A stretch of 63,999 nucleotides of DNA, the filler included, from Jimgerdemannia flammicorona (taxonomy: Eukaryota), in assembly GCA_003990765.1 (NCBI GenBank). It is 3 parts of 3 records of this genome, joined end to end, with 100 filler letters (N's around TTAATTAATTAA, not from the genome) between each part and the next. Parts side by side here need not be neighbours in the genome. Positions count along the whole stretch, not along the records: positions 1 to 21,324 come from RBNJ01001480.1; positions 21,425 to 42,746 come from RBNJ01001481.1; 1 more part is not named here. One strand, given 5' to 3'. The first letter of the stretch is position 1. Each line of letters begins with the position of its first letter. The position numbers were made by a program, and so were the translations under genes. The notes below the pieces were generated by a model, which saw only the letters and a program-made list of their open reading frames with translations, was not told where the DNA came from and did no database searches. This document shows positions 11,850 through 24,540 of the stretch, piece by piece.

Positions 11850-14800
11850 ATATTTCTGAACTAGGTCGGTAGCATTCTGAAGATGGGTTCTCAGGTTGCA
11901 TCGTGGATTGGGTAACCTTTCCATTTGATAAGGTACTCGGGATGGTTCTTGTTACCACATTTGTTGAGGATTTGTTCAACTTCGTATTCTTCTTGATCAT
12001 TAATGATGACAGGTGCAGGTGGTTTGGTGGTTCAGTTTGGAAATAGTTCGTCATCATTGTCATTGTATCGCTTGAGACGTTGAACATTAAAGACTGGGTG
12101 AATCTTAATGGTGTCTGGTAGCACCAGTTTGTAGGAGGTTGGAGAGACTTGTGCGATAACTTCAAATGGTCCAATGAACTTGCTGTTCAGCTTTATAAAT
12201 GGTCTGTGCTTGAGGTTGTCAACTCGGTATCCTCTGATATCTAGTAGAACTTTTTCTCCAATATCGAAAGTTTCTTCTCGGCAGTGTTGGTTAACATACT
12301 GTGACTGTTGTTCTTGTGCTCGTGATAAATTCTCAATTGCGATCTGGCTTAGATTGCGCATTCGGAGTAGGAATTCCTCAACGGCTTCGACTGTGGAGGG
12401 TTCTTCAGTGGTTCGGATAAGTGTCAGAGGGGTGTTTGGGTTTTATCCAGTGTTGGCGAAGAATGGGGTCATTCTAAGAGAGGCTTGCTTGCTATTGTTA
12501 TAGGCAAACTCGACTGCGGTGAGGTGTTCATGCCAATCATCTTGTCTGTAGGAGACATAGTTCCTTAGCATTTGTTCCAGAGTTCGATTCATTCTTTCGG
12601 TTTGGCCATCAGTTTCAGGATGAAAGGCTGTGGATAGTACAAGTTTCGTTCCAAGGTGTGCATGGAGGGCTTTCCAAAAGTGGCTGGTGAATTTCGGATC
12701 TTGGTCACTAACAATGATCTTAGGTAGACCATAATAGTGGAAGATGTTGTCAAACAAGAGTATGGCTATATCTGGTGCTGTTGCAGTGGTGGTAGTAGGC
12801 ACAAAGTGGGCTTGTTTGCTGAGGTAGTCTACAAAGACAACAATTGCATCTTTTCCATTCTTGGTTCGAGGTAGTTGTACAATGAAGTCTATAGAGATTT
12901 GTTCCCAATTTGCAGATGGTACTGGAATAGGGTGGAGTAAGCCGGGTTTTGCTAGTGTTGAGGACTTGTTTCTTTGGCAGGCATCACAGGAAGTGATATA
13001 GGTTTTGAGCTGATCTGCCATGCGGGGCCAATAGAAGTTTCGGGAGATAACTTCATAACATTTATCAAATCCTAAATGTCCAGCTGTAGGGGCATCATGA
13101 CATTTGAATAGGATAGTCCTTCGGAGGTCTCGGTTGTTTGGGACATACAATCTGTCCTTATAGTAGATAGCATTATCCTTGAGTTAGTATTGATTGTACC
13201 AGGTATGCTTGTCAGCATCATCATTGTTCAGGATTTCTCAGAGTGCTTGAGCTTCTTTATCATCTACACATGCTGCGATGATTTGTTCCATGATAGTGTT
13301 GGTAACCAAGATCAGGGTTTGGATAATCTCTTCGATTAGTGGTCTGGAGATTGCATCGGCAACAATATTTTCCTTGCCAGGGCGGTACTGGATTTCATAA
13401 TCAAAGTTGGTGAGAACTTTCATCCATCTAGCTTGCTTTCGAGAAAGAGTAGCCTGTGTCTTGATGTTGACTAATGATTTGTGGTCAGTCAATACAGTGA
13501 AGTGTGCTCCTTCTAGATATGGTCGCCATTTGATCAGAGTGTCTATGATGGCTAGCATTTCCTTTTCATGAGTTGCATAGTTGATTTCGGCATCATTGAA
13601 CTTGCGGGAGTGATAGGCCACAGGGTGTCCTTCTTACATGAGCACTGCTCCAAGAGCTAGGTCAGAGGCATTAGTAGTGACTTCATATGGTAGGGCAGGG
13701 TTTGCTGCTTGAAGTACTGGTATGGTTATCAGGGCATCTTTCAGTGCTTGAAAGGTGGTATCTTGTTCGGGTCCCCAATTTACAAGATTGTTGAAGTCTT
13801 TCTCTTGTTTCATGGTCCAGGGTTGTTCTTGTTTCTTGCTGTACTTGGTCATTTGAGTGAGGGCAGTAGCGATTTTAGCAAAGTTGGCAACAAATCGCCT
13901 GTAATAGTTTGCTAATCCCAGGAATGACTGGAGGTCTTTCAGCTTCTTTGGTCTGGGCCAATCTTTGATTGCAGAGATTTTGCTGGGGTTCACTTTGATT
14001 CCATTTGGAGTGACAATGTGTCCAAGGAATTGAATTTCTTTCAGAAGAAATTCACACTTGCTGAGTTTTGCAAAGAGTCGGTTTTCTCGGAGTTTCAGTA
14101 GTACTAGTTCAAGGTGTTTGAGATGTTCCTCCAGAGTTTTGCTGAAGACTAGGATGTCATCAATGTAGACAATAACGAATTTGTCCAGGTATGGATGCAG
14201 AATGGTATTCATCAGTGTCTGGAAGGTTGCTGGAGCATTAGTTAAGCCAAAAGGCATAACCAGGAACTCGAAGTGTCCATAGCGAGTTCGGAAAGCTGTC
14301 TTATAGATGTCTTCTTCTTTCATGGCAATTTGTCAGTAACTATTTCGCAGGTTAAAAGAGCTCATGAATTGTGGGTTGGTGAGCCTATCAAATATTTCAT
14401 CAATCCTCGGTAGTGGGCAACAGTTCTTGATGGTCTGTTCATTGAGATTGTGGTAGTCAATGCACATTCGCAGGTCTCCTCCTTTTTTGACAACAAAGAG
14501 GACTGGTGCACCATAGGGTGATACACTAGGTCTGATGAATCCTTGTTCTAGGAGTTTGTCGATTTCCTTCTTGAGTGCATCAATTTCTCTTGAGGACATG
14601 TGGTAGATTGACTTGAAGGCTGGTTTGGCATCTGGGATAGTCTTGATAGCATGGTCTACTGTTCGTTTGTGTGGTAGGCCTTTCGGAAGTTTCTTTGGGA
14701 ATATGTCTTGGAATTTCTGGAGTAGTGGTCTGACACGGCTGTCAACTTTGGAAAAATCTTCTTCAGAGTTCTTGGGTTCTCCTTTGGATGGTCGGATGGA

Positions 14801-16957
14801 GATGGCAAAGAGAGGGCATTTCTTGGCCAATTTCTTGAGTAGTAGTTTGTTGATGTGGGTGATCTTTGGTCCAGGGTCCCTAGAGTTGAGTGGGTCCTTT
14901 TCGCCTTATAGTTTGAAGTTGTGGCATCCTTTCTTGATGGTAAGGGAATGGTTTACCCAATCGATCATGGGGTTCTCTTGTTTTAACCATGGAGTTCCAA
15001 GGATGATTTTATTGTCAGGAAGTGGTACGATTTGGAGGGTAACATGTACTCAGTAGTCACCAATTCGGAAGGGTAGATTGCGGACTTCTTTGCTAATAAC
15101 ATATGAGGTTCCATCAGCTGTAGCAACTGCTTGAGTTTGCTGTACTGGAGAGGTAAAGACCTTGAGTCTGTTGGCTGTCTCCTTATTGATGAAATTGCCT
15201 GAGGCACCACTGTCTATCATAATCTTGACAGGTGCTCCATTGACAAAAGCCTTAAGGGTGAGCAGTTTGTCTGATCCAATGGTGGTGATTTCAGTTGTAG
15301 GAGCCTTTCTTCTGTTGGTTCTTCTTTGAGCCAGTTTGTTGACACAAGAGAAGCAATCATCAATCATTCGGGAAGAGTACATTCCAATACCATGAGGGCA
15401 TCAGCCACTTGGTACATATCCATCTTCGATCTTCTTGTAGAATTGTTCTTCTTTGCTCACAGTAGGTTGGGCTGGGGCCTTATTTGATGAGCCAAATCCT
15501 TTGGATCCTCGGATGGTGGGTAGTAGTTCAGGGACTTCCTTGACTGTCAGGGTTGACTCGATTTTTTCGAATAGGATCTGGGTGATGCAGAAGCCAATAG
15601 GGATTTTGAAGGGTGTCCAACTGTAGTTTCAGATGAGGACAATGATTTCACCTGTGTAATCTTCATCAATGACTCCTCCTTCTACTGAGAGTCCTTTCAG
15701 TGCTAGGCTGCTGCAACAGCATATTCTTCCAACATGTCCTTCAGGGATTTGGATACTGATTCCTATATAGACTTGTTTGACTTCTCGGTTAGAAACTGTA
15801 GCTTCTTCGGCTGCATATAGATCATATCTGGCTGCTTTTTGACTTCCTTTGGTTGGGGCCTTAGCAGTTTGTCTTAACTTGACAAAGTCTAGTGTTCTGG
15901 TGGTCAAGTTGTTGAGATGGTGCAGAGTGGTAACAGTTGCTCATGTTGCTGTTCGGGGTTTTCAGTTAGGGCAGGCACTGGCCATGTGTCCTGTCTTTTG
16001 GCAATAGAAGCATGCTCTGCTTCTTCGAAGTTCATTCCTTTCGCCTTCAGTAAGTTTCTTGAAGGTACTTGGCTGGGTGGGTTCATGATTTCTGGGTGTC
16101 CAAGAGGTGGATGTGGAGGGAGCTCGAGATGCTTCATGCTTGGGTTCTTCTTTCTTGGTCCAAGTCTTTTCCTTGTTGTTGAATTGCCTTCGGGGCAGAA
16201 TTGGTCCAGCTGTTAGGATTCGCTTGACCATGGTCTTGATTCTTGCTAGGCACCATTGTTGGTGATTGCAACCAACTGGGTGGCCTTGTTCTTGGATTTT
16301 TCTAGTGAGCCATTCAGGTAGGGCATCGAATAAATGGTCTGCTCTTGTACCATTTCGTGCTTCGTCATTGGCAATATATCCTAGGCCAACAGTGTTCAGG
16401 AGTGACTCAAGTTTTGTACAGAAGGTTTTGAATTCTTCTTTGCCATGTACATCAAATTTGAGGTTGTGGAGTTTTACTCGAGATTCGGCAATCATTGTTT
16501 CGCTGCGATATTGAGCAATCATGAGTTGTTTGAGTCCATGGGCTACAGGATGGGCTCCATATCCTGGGGCATTATTTGCTGCATTCTGGGCAACTACTGC
16601 AGGTCGGGTATCCCATGTGAGGGGTTTTTCGGGAAGGGTTCGCCACCATTCTTCGGCAGGTTCTCGGAAGAATGTAACAACTCGGTGAACATAAGCTGTA
16701 GTTGTAGCAAAGAGTTGTTCTAGGGCGTGGTCTTGATTGTTTGTCAGAATGCGGTCAGCAACTCGCTCATTAGTCCATTGATTGGCTTCAAAGTTGGTGT
16801 CAACTACACTAATGAAGCTTTGGACTTCTTGTGCAGTACCGTTAAAGGTAGGTAGGCTCAGATTTTTGGTAGGCTGGGTCTGTTCGGCTAAGGCAGTAAT
16901 GGTTGCTACCATTATAGCTACTTGGGCTGTGAGGTCTAGAATCTGTTGGTTCGCCAT
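11850..16957 (-). pseudogene. A2 gag-dUTPase-PR-RT-RNaseH-integrase-chromodomain polyprotein with scattered stops
   Basis: CCHC knuckle; dUTPase; DSGA; YIDD; RNase H (EKEMLAI, TDHKSL); integrase HHCC, DFIVQLP and HPETDGQTER; GPF motif; chromodomain EEYEVEQIL...YLIKWKGY. Confidence 0.95.
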
Positions 16958-17903
16958 GTTGTTTACTGGAGGCAGTTGGACTGCTGGTAGTGGTATTACT
17001 GGTACTACTTGAGGTACTAGTGCAGAGTGTAATGGGGTTCTTTGGGTCTGTGTAAGTTGCTGGAGTAGTAGTTGTGGATCTGGAGTGAGGGCTTGATAGA
17101 TAGCTATTTGTAGCTGTGTAGGTGTATTCTGTCCTGATGGATGTGTGTCTCCTTCGGTGGTGTATCTGGGATCAAATTCGGTGAGATACTCCTCCTCTTC
17201 TTCAGTTTGGTTCCCATGTAATTGGGTTTGCTCGACGTCAAAGTAGACAGAATCAGTTATATATCTGATTTCAGATGGACTTAATTCAAAGTCAAGTTCA
17301 GGTTCGGTATTGGTTTCAGATTCGGATAGAGCTGTAGCAGGGCCTGCTTCAGGTTCAGGGTCAGGTAGTTGATGAAGGGTTTCTCTTGCTTCTTCTTTGA
17401 GGATATGGCGGGCCTTGCTATTCTGGAATTAGTAGTATAAGGCGGTCTTGGTCCTGGTGCGGTGAAAGTCAGTAGAGTTGAGCCACTTGGCTACAGAGGC
17501 TTGGGCTTCGTAAGGAACTAAGGCTAGAAAGACTGCTGCTGGTTGTCCTAGGTCACTCGGATTTGTGGAGCTGACAAAACTCTTGTTGAGAAGAGTAAAG
17601 AAGGCTTCAATAAGACCTTCTTCATCTTGACTTGCTGGGTGTAGTGCAAGGAGTTCAGTGAATAGGGTTTCACCTATTTGTTGGTTTAACTTGAGTACTT
17701 CTTTCTTTGAATAAAGTTTATCCCACTTATTGCAGGTGTGGAGGTCAAATTGTCCTTGTACGTCAGGTTCAATTCTCTCCAGATTGTCAGATGGTTCGGA
17801 TTAATTCCAGTTCAGATGTTGGGCTTTATACCAACTTGTAGGAATTCACAGAAGGGTTTGTAGCGGAGTGAGAAAGCGTCTTGAAGCAGAATTGGATTGT
17901 AAA

Positions 17904-17915
17904 CTGCTGCTACCA
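17904..17915 (-). other. Primer-binding site of A2 (tRNA-iMet type)
   Basis: TGGTAGCAGCAG 3 nt downstream of the 5' LTR. Confidence 0.8.
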
Positions 17916-17918
17916 AGT

Positions 17919-19960
17919 TGTAAGAGGGTTACTTTTTAGAGCAACCATTACGTAGTTCTGGAAAGGTTTTCTGGATATTCTGGATGTTCTGGAAGACCGT
18001 TTTCTTATGGTCAAGATCAATTTCGTATGGAATACATCCTCTACGCTTATTGATTTCAAGATTGGGTTGATGTCTCAACCAAAGTCCTTTTTCGGACTAG
18101 TTCTGGATGTTCAGGATTTTCCGTATTTCAGGAAGTTCAAGAAACTAAGACCAGCTTAGTTGAATTGGCGTATCGCTGCAGACAATACCCAATTAGGAAA
18201 TTTCATGATGAGGTTAGGAGTGGGACCTAACAGAGAGTGGATTTACTTAAGAGTGGTTTGTGGGTTATGGAATAGGTTTATTTGCTATTCATGATATTAC
18301 TATACTAGGAGTATTTATGTAAAGGAATATTGTGGAGAAGTGCTCAGGAGTTCTGTTTGGATTGTTCAAGTCTGTTCGAGTCTGAGATTCTGAGGTCTGG
18401 GGGAGGGGGTATTTATACTAGTGAGGGGCTATTTGGACTATGCTAAATATGGATGTAGCACTAAGTGCCTTGCTGAGTCGGAATATAGTCACATAGTACA
18501 AGTGTGATCTGACATGTCAAGAGATCGTCTGACTGCTGAGTCAGTTCACAGTCACGTCATACAAGGCTAATCTATCTATACTATGACTGCTAGACTATTT
18601 ATAGGTTTAGGCACTATCTGGGTAGTCCTCGATGACATCACCATCGATTGCATCATCTCTAATGAAGTAGTCATCTAGGAAGAGTGGTTCATGGATTACT
18701 TCTCCTTGTTGGCTAAGGTAGTAATACATTGGGACTTCATCTCCATCCCAAAGGATAGCATTGTCTGTTTCGTATGCTGGATAAGGTGTTGGTGGGCGAA
18801 GGATGGGTGTACTGTCTTCGCTTTCATCGGATTTGCTGTCTGCGTACCTTCTATAGGTTACAGCACTATGAGTTGCAGGGTTATAGTATACTGGCAGCTG
18901 TGGTTCATGTTGCTCGTACTCGGGTAGTGGAGTGGTTGGTTCGATCTCAAGGGTTGTCTGAAGGTACAGGTTGTGTTCTCCGATCTCTTCATTATAATTG
19001 AAGTAATCGGGAGTGAACGTGGGTTGGTATTCATACCAGTGGTCATTGTCCCAATAAGTCTCGTATGTAATTATGAACTGTTGTAAGTTCATCGGCAAGG
19101 TTGGTGGTGTGATCAGGGTTGGCAGAGATCCTTGGCTAGAGGTCATGTCGGCGTCAGAGGGATTATTATCTTCTGCTTCATCTTCGTCGAAGTGGATTAT
19201 ATCGTAGACATCCTTCATGGCATATCCGACTTGAGATATTTGCAGGATGTGGTCATCAGAGTGCGGGAAGGTTCTGTCTGTGGTTTCGACATACTCGAGG
19301 TACTTGTAGTTGAGTTCTTGTATCATGGCATCAATTTGGCCGTAGGACAGGGTAGCAACCATTTCACTGGTAGTGACTCGGAGGTAGGGAATAAAGGTGT
19401 TGTACTCATAGAAGAGTTCTCGATATTTGTGGGCAATAAGCTTTTGGTGTTGAGACATCTGGGTAATATCTGTATCGTGGTGGTGTTCGACCATGTCTTC
19501 TAGGAGGCGGCCGATCTGGTAGTAGCTTGAGATTTGTCCGATTTGGTGGGCCTCGCTAAGCATGTTCAGGGCATTCCATTGGGCTTCCACAAAGTAGAGG
19601 GGTACCAGGCTATGGATATTCATGAGGGGCAGAGGGGGTGTGGCTCGGTTGACAATGGCATTCCAAATGTCAGCGCGGATGCAGTTGTAGATCTCAGTGA
19701 TCATATTTGTGTGTTTGGAAGTTGTGGTTATTATTTGTTTTGGTTCTCTGGTTCGACGTGTCTTGGTGCTCGGTATATATGCATTTGGTCCTGATTAGTA
19801 AGGTTCTGTTTGTATAAATCTTGTGTTCTGTGACTTCGTATTGACTCAGCTTTGTGCACTGTGACTTCGGTTTGACTCAGCTTTGTGATCAAGCAGGTGA
19901 TTTCCAGATTTGTTTGGAGGTCGTGTGTGATTTCAGTGGCTTGGAGGTTGTGCGCTTACA
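17919..19960 (-). repeat. 5' LTR of A2 (2042 bp)
   Basis: TG...CA termini; next to PBS and TSD. Confidence 0.95.
18607..19704 (-). CDS. Intact 365-aa accessory protein encoded inside the LTR (U3); helical N-terminal domain and acidic, Y/P-rich C-terminal half; function unknown
   Basis: Uninterrupted ATG-to-TAA ORF; the same frame is kept in three other A LTR copies; homologous ORF in family B LTRs. Confidence 0.85.
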   Translation of the reverse strand: MITEIYNCIRADIWNAIVNRATPPLPLMNIHSLVPLYFVEAQWNALNMLSEAHQIGQISSYYQIGRLLEDMVEHHHDTDITQMSQHQKLIAHKYRELFYEYNTFIPYLRVTTSEMVATLSYGQIDAMIQELNYKYLEYVETTDRTFPHSDDHILQISQVGYAMKDVYDIIHFDEDEAEDNNPSDADMTSSQGSLPTLITPPTLPMNLQQFIITYETYWDNDHWYEYQPTFTPDYFNYNEEIGEHNLYLQTTLEIEPTTPLPEYEQHEPQLPVYYNPATHSAVTYRRYADSKSDESEDSTPILRPPTPYPAYETDNAILWDGDEVPMYYYLSQQGEVIHEPLFLDDYFIRDDAIDGDVIEDYPDSA

Positions 19961-21324
19961 CTCAGTAGAAGGAGGAGTCATTGACGAGGATTACACAGGT
20001 GAAATCATTGTCCTCATTCGAAACCATAGTTGGACACCCTTCAAGATCCCTATTGGCTTCTGCATTGCCCAGATCTTGTTCAAAAAAATTGAGTCAACCC
20101 TGACAGTCAAGGAAGTCCCTGAACTACTACCCACCATCCGAGAATCCAAAGGATTTGGCTCATCAAACAAGGCCCCAGTCCAACCTACTGTGAGCAAAGA
20201 AGAACAATTCTACAAGAAAATAGAAGATGGATATATATCAAGTGGCCGATGCCCTCATGGTATTGGAATGTACTCTTCCCGAATGATTGATGATTGCTTC
20301 TCTTGTATCAACGAACTGGCTCAAAGAAGAACCAACAGAAGGAAAGCTCCTACAACTGAAATCACCAGCATTGGATCAGACAAACTGCTCACCCTTAAGG
20401 CTTTTGTCAATGGAGCACCTGTTAAGATTATGATAGACAGTGGCGCCTCAGGCAACTTCATCAATGAAGAGACAGCCAACAGACTCAAGGTCTTCACCTC
20501 TCCAGTACAGCAAACTCAAGCAGTTGCTACAGCTGATGGAACCTCACATGTTATTAGCAAAGAAGTCCACAATCTACTCTTCCGAATTGGTGACTACTGA
20601 GTACATGTTACCCTCCAAATCGTACCACTTCCTGACAATGAAATCATCCTTGGAACTCCATGGTTAAAACAAGAGAACCCCATGATTGATTGGGTAAACC
20701 ATTCTCTGACCATCAAGAAAGGACGCCACAACTTCAAACTATAAGGCGAAAAGGACCCACTCAACTCTAGGGACCCTGGACCAAAGATCACTCACATCAA
20801 CAAGCTACAGCTCAAGAAATTGGCCAAGAAATGCCCTCTCTTCGCCATCTCCATCCAACCATCCAAAGGAGAACCCGAGAACTCTGAAGAAGATTTTTCC
20901 AAAGTTGACAGCCGTGTCAGACCACTACTCCAGAAATTTCGAGATATATTCCCAAAGAAGCTACCGAAAGGCCTACCTCCCAAATGAGCAGTAGACCATG
21001 CAATCAAGACTATCCCAGATGCCAAACCAGCCTTCAAGTCAATCTACCACATGTCTCCAAGAGAAATTGATGCACTCAAGAAGGAAATCGATGAACTCCT
21101 AGAACAAGGATTCATCAGACCCAGCGTATCACCCTATGGTGCACCAGTCCTCTTTGTTGTCAAGAAAGGAGGAGACCTGTGAATGTGTATTGACTACCGA
21201 GATCTTAATGAACAGACCATCAAGAACTGTTGCCCACTACCAAGGATCGATGAAATATTTGATAGACTTACCAACCCACAATTTATGAGCTCTTTTGACC
21301 TGCGAAATGGTTACTGGCAAATTG
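19961..21324 (+). pseudogene. Continuation of the A1 polyprotein: dUTPase C-terminal half, protease, RT start
   Basis: VEGGVIDEDYTGEI, RESKGFGSS, IDSGASGNF, CIDYRDLN; in-frame stops. Confidence 0.9.
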
Positions 21325-21424
21325 NNNNNNNNNNNNNNNNNNNNNNNNNNNNNNNNNNNNNNNNNNNNTTAATTAATTAANNNNNNNNNNNNNNNNNNNN
21401 NNNNNNNNNNNNNNNNNNNNNNNN
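21325..21424. other. Assembly gap with a TTAATTAATTAA stop linker
   Basis: N-run containing an artificial all-frame stop spacer. Confidence 0.98.
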
Positions 21425-24069
21425 ATCTTGGCTTCAGTGATGATGAGGAGGAACAAGAATCAGACATCACCCTCAAGGTCAAGAAGTTTCACCCTGAAGC
21501 CAAGATCCCAGAATATAAGACTGAAGGAGCCATAGAAATGGACCTTGCCAGCATTCAAGATACTACCCTTGAACCACAGACCACCACTCTACTTGGCACT
21601 GGAATTGGAGTCAAGTTACCAGAGAACTATACCAGAATTATCAAGACCAAGAGCAGTCTGGCCAAAAGCAAAATCTCAGTTGAAGGAGGAGTAATTGACC
21701 CTGATTACACTGGCGAGATCTTCCTCATAGTCAGGAATCACAACCACACCACCTCCTTCGAAGTCAAGAAGCATGACAGAATTGGCCAGATGCTGATCCA
21801 TGAAATCAAGAAGCCCAAGATCATTGAAGCCATCGAACTCATCAAGACCAAGAGAGGAGAACAAGGCTTTGGATCTACTGGAAGAGGAGCCTATACTGCC
21901 ACCAAGATTACTGAACTTGAGCACAAGAAAGACAAGGACCAGAACAAGCACACATATACTATTGGAGAAAACTTTCCCCTAGAGGAACAACTCCTCAAGA
22001 TCCTGCATCAGAACGAAGGAGTACTTGCTACAGACTTCAGGGATATCCACAATCAAGAACCCAAGTACTACCACGAAGTTGACACTGGTGATACCAAGCC
22101 CATCTACCTGAAAGCCAGACTCATACCACCTGTCTACAGAGAATGGCTGCGAGCAGAACTCAAGGAAATGGAAGAAGCCAGAATCATCAAGCAAGCTATC
22201 AGTCCCTGGGCCTCACCCATTGTTCTTGCCCTGAAGAAAGGAAGCAAGCCTGGAGAGTTTGCACCAAGACTCTGCATTGACTACAGGAAGCTCAATGCCA
22301 TCACCAAGAAGGATAGACAGCCCTTGCCAAATATTGAAGAGATTCTTACCACTCTTGGAAGCAAAGCCAAATACTTCACCACCTTAGATCTGTTCTCAGG
22401 CTTCCATCAGATTGGTCTCACTCAAGATGCCAGTGAGAAATCAGCCTTCATCACACCTCATGCCACCTATATCTATCTGCGAATGCCATTTGGAATATGC
22501 AATGCCCCAGCAAGTTTCCAGCAAATGATGAACAGAGTCTTCAGCAATGAGATTGGAAAATGGCAGTTTGTCTATGTTGATAATGTGATCATCTTCAGCA
22601 ACACTGTATGGGAATATGTCAATCACATACAGCTAGCCCTCAAGAGGCTCAAGGAGCATGGCCTCTACATCAAGCCCAAGAAATGCAAGTTTGTAGCTCA
22701 AGAAATTGCCTACCTAGGACCCCTCATCAACCAGACTGGAATCCACTCAGACCCCATGAAGATCGAGGCTGTTGCAGCCTACCCGAGACCCAGAACAACC
22801 ACAGAAGTCCATGCCTTCCTTGGACTGGCCAGCTACTACAGAAGGTTCATCAAAGGATACTCCAATATTGTAGCACCTATCTATGAGCTACTGAAGAAGG
22901 AGACCAAATTCGAATAGACCAAGGAGTACCAATAAACCTTCAATAAACTCAAGACCAGGTTGACCCAAGCACCTTTCCTCAGAAGACCAGATTGGAACCT
23001 AGAATTCATCCTGCAGACAGATACAAGTGCTATAGAACTTGAAGCAGTCCTAGCCCAGAAGAAAGATGGATATGAATATGTTATCTCCTATGCAAGCCAA
23101 GGTACCCATAGAGCAGAACAGAACTATGAGTCATACAAGCTTGAATGCTTAGCAGTAGTTTGGGCAGTAGATAAGTTCCACTACTACCTAGCCGGAAAAC
23201 ACTTCACCATTCAAACAGACCTCTCTGCTCTTGCCTGGCTATTCCACACTCTGAACCTCAAAGGAATATATGCCAGATGGATCTACAGGCTGCAAGAGTA
23301 TGACTGTACTGTCAAGCACCACTCAGGAAAGACCAATACCAATGCCGATGCACTCTCAAGGACACCCCAAAACACCCCCATCAAGACTATTCAACATGAA
23401 TAAGGAGCTATACTATGGATTAATCAGCTACTTTGGGCAGCAGAAGATGCCCAACCACCTCAAACCCTGGACAATCACCATCATCAACTGGACTTGGAAA
23501 TAGTTTGAATTAAACAATACTATACTTAGAAAAGGAGGAAAGCTAGTAATACCTGAACACAAGAAGTATCAAGTAATGAAGGAAGTATATGAGCAAGGAC
23601 ACTTAGGAGGAACCAATACATATGGCAAGGCAAGAAGAACCATGTGGTGGCCCAAGATGGAAGAAGACCTGTGCCAATTTGTCAAAGGGTGTGATAAGTG
23701 CCAAAAACAGAAACAAGATCAGTAAGACCAGGCATCTGGGTCATCAAGAATTGAGCCTATCCCCTTCCACCACATCACAATGGATATCATTGGACCACTA
23801 CCAGTAACACTATCAGGAAACCACTATATTATAGATATTGTAGACCTCTTCGCCAAATGGATAGAGGCAGGAGCATTACAAGAAGCCAATGCCCTCTCTA
23901 TAGTCGACTTTCTGTACTGAAAAATCATCTACTGCTACAAGACACCAAAGCAAATCACAACAGACCATGGAATGGAATTTGTCAATAGATTCCACGAGAT
24001 AATATATCAGAAATACAAGATCCAGCACATCAAGACCACCATGTACCACCCTCAAGGAAATGGACAGAC
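21425..24069 (+). pseudogene. Element B pol: dUTPase, RT, RNase H and integrase N-terminal part
   Basis: GGVIDPDYTGEI, RGEQGFGSTG, SPWASPIVL, RLCIDYRKLN, RMPFGICNAPASFQ, NADALSR. Confidence 0.92.
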
Positions 24070-24472
24070 TGTAATATTTTAGCATAGTTTATTTCTTTTC
24101 TTTGTCTTTCCTCAATATTCTATGACCTTCCAGTACTTTCCAAATGCTTAGAAATCCTTTTGTGGCACCAAGCATCCTCTAGTACTTATTTAGCTAGTCA
24201 CTGATTGTCCTGGAAACTTATAGAACTTTATTTGTCATCATTTGTCATCTTTGCCGAGAACTTTCCTCTTGGTATTTTCCTTTGATTTCTCAGATCCTTC
24301 CGGATCCTTCTTTCAGATCTTGTATCAATATCCCCTTTGTTCTCATGAATAAAGTCTGAGAATATTTTCTCTCAGAAATCTTTCAAGAATACTTGAATCC
24401 TCAGTATCTCTTTGAGCTACTTAGGACTACCAGAACTAGTTGCTTCCTCATTTAGAAACCAGAACCATTACA
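24070..24472 (+). repeat. 5' LTR of element C
   Basis: TGTAAT...TTACA; direct repeat of 29696-30098. Confidence 0.95.
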
Positions 24473-24540
24473 CTTGGTAGCAGCGGTTAAGTTACACCTA
24501 GCCTTATCAAGACACCTGTCAAGATATCAGTCACAACACT

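Larger units (their letters stand above)
9369..19960 (-). mobile_element. Full-length chromodomain Ty3/Gypsy element A2 (10592 bp) inserted into the dUTPase of A1
   Basis: Two ~2.04-kb LTRs, PBS, PPT and exact 5-bp TSD CTCAG (9364-9368, 19961-19965); removing it restores KGLSVEGGVIDEDY. Confidence 0.97.
5103..21324 (+). mobile_element. Ty3/Gypsy element A1: 5' LTR, gag, dUTPase, PR, start of RT; split by A2 and truncated by the contig gap
   Basis: TG...CA LTR, PBS, CCHC knuckle (CFYCQKTGHMASTC), dUTPase, DSGA protease, RT start (RPSVSPYGAPVLFV). Confidence 0.92.

Noticed and set aside
19854..20600. 248-aa ORF apparently fusing LTR antisense sequence to dUTPase-protease
   Set aside because: Chance read-through from the A2 LTR end across the TSD into A1's interrupted dUTPase; not an independent gene.
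21369..21380. TTAATTAATTAA palindrome (also at 42791-42802)
   Set aside because: Assembly spacer, not biological sequence.
21183..21540. Apparent element with two dUTPases and two RT starts
   Set aside because: A1 and B are different families on either side of an artificial N-gap; adjacency is not established.
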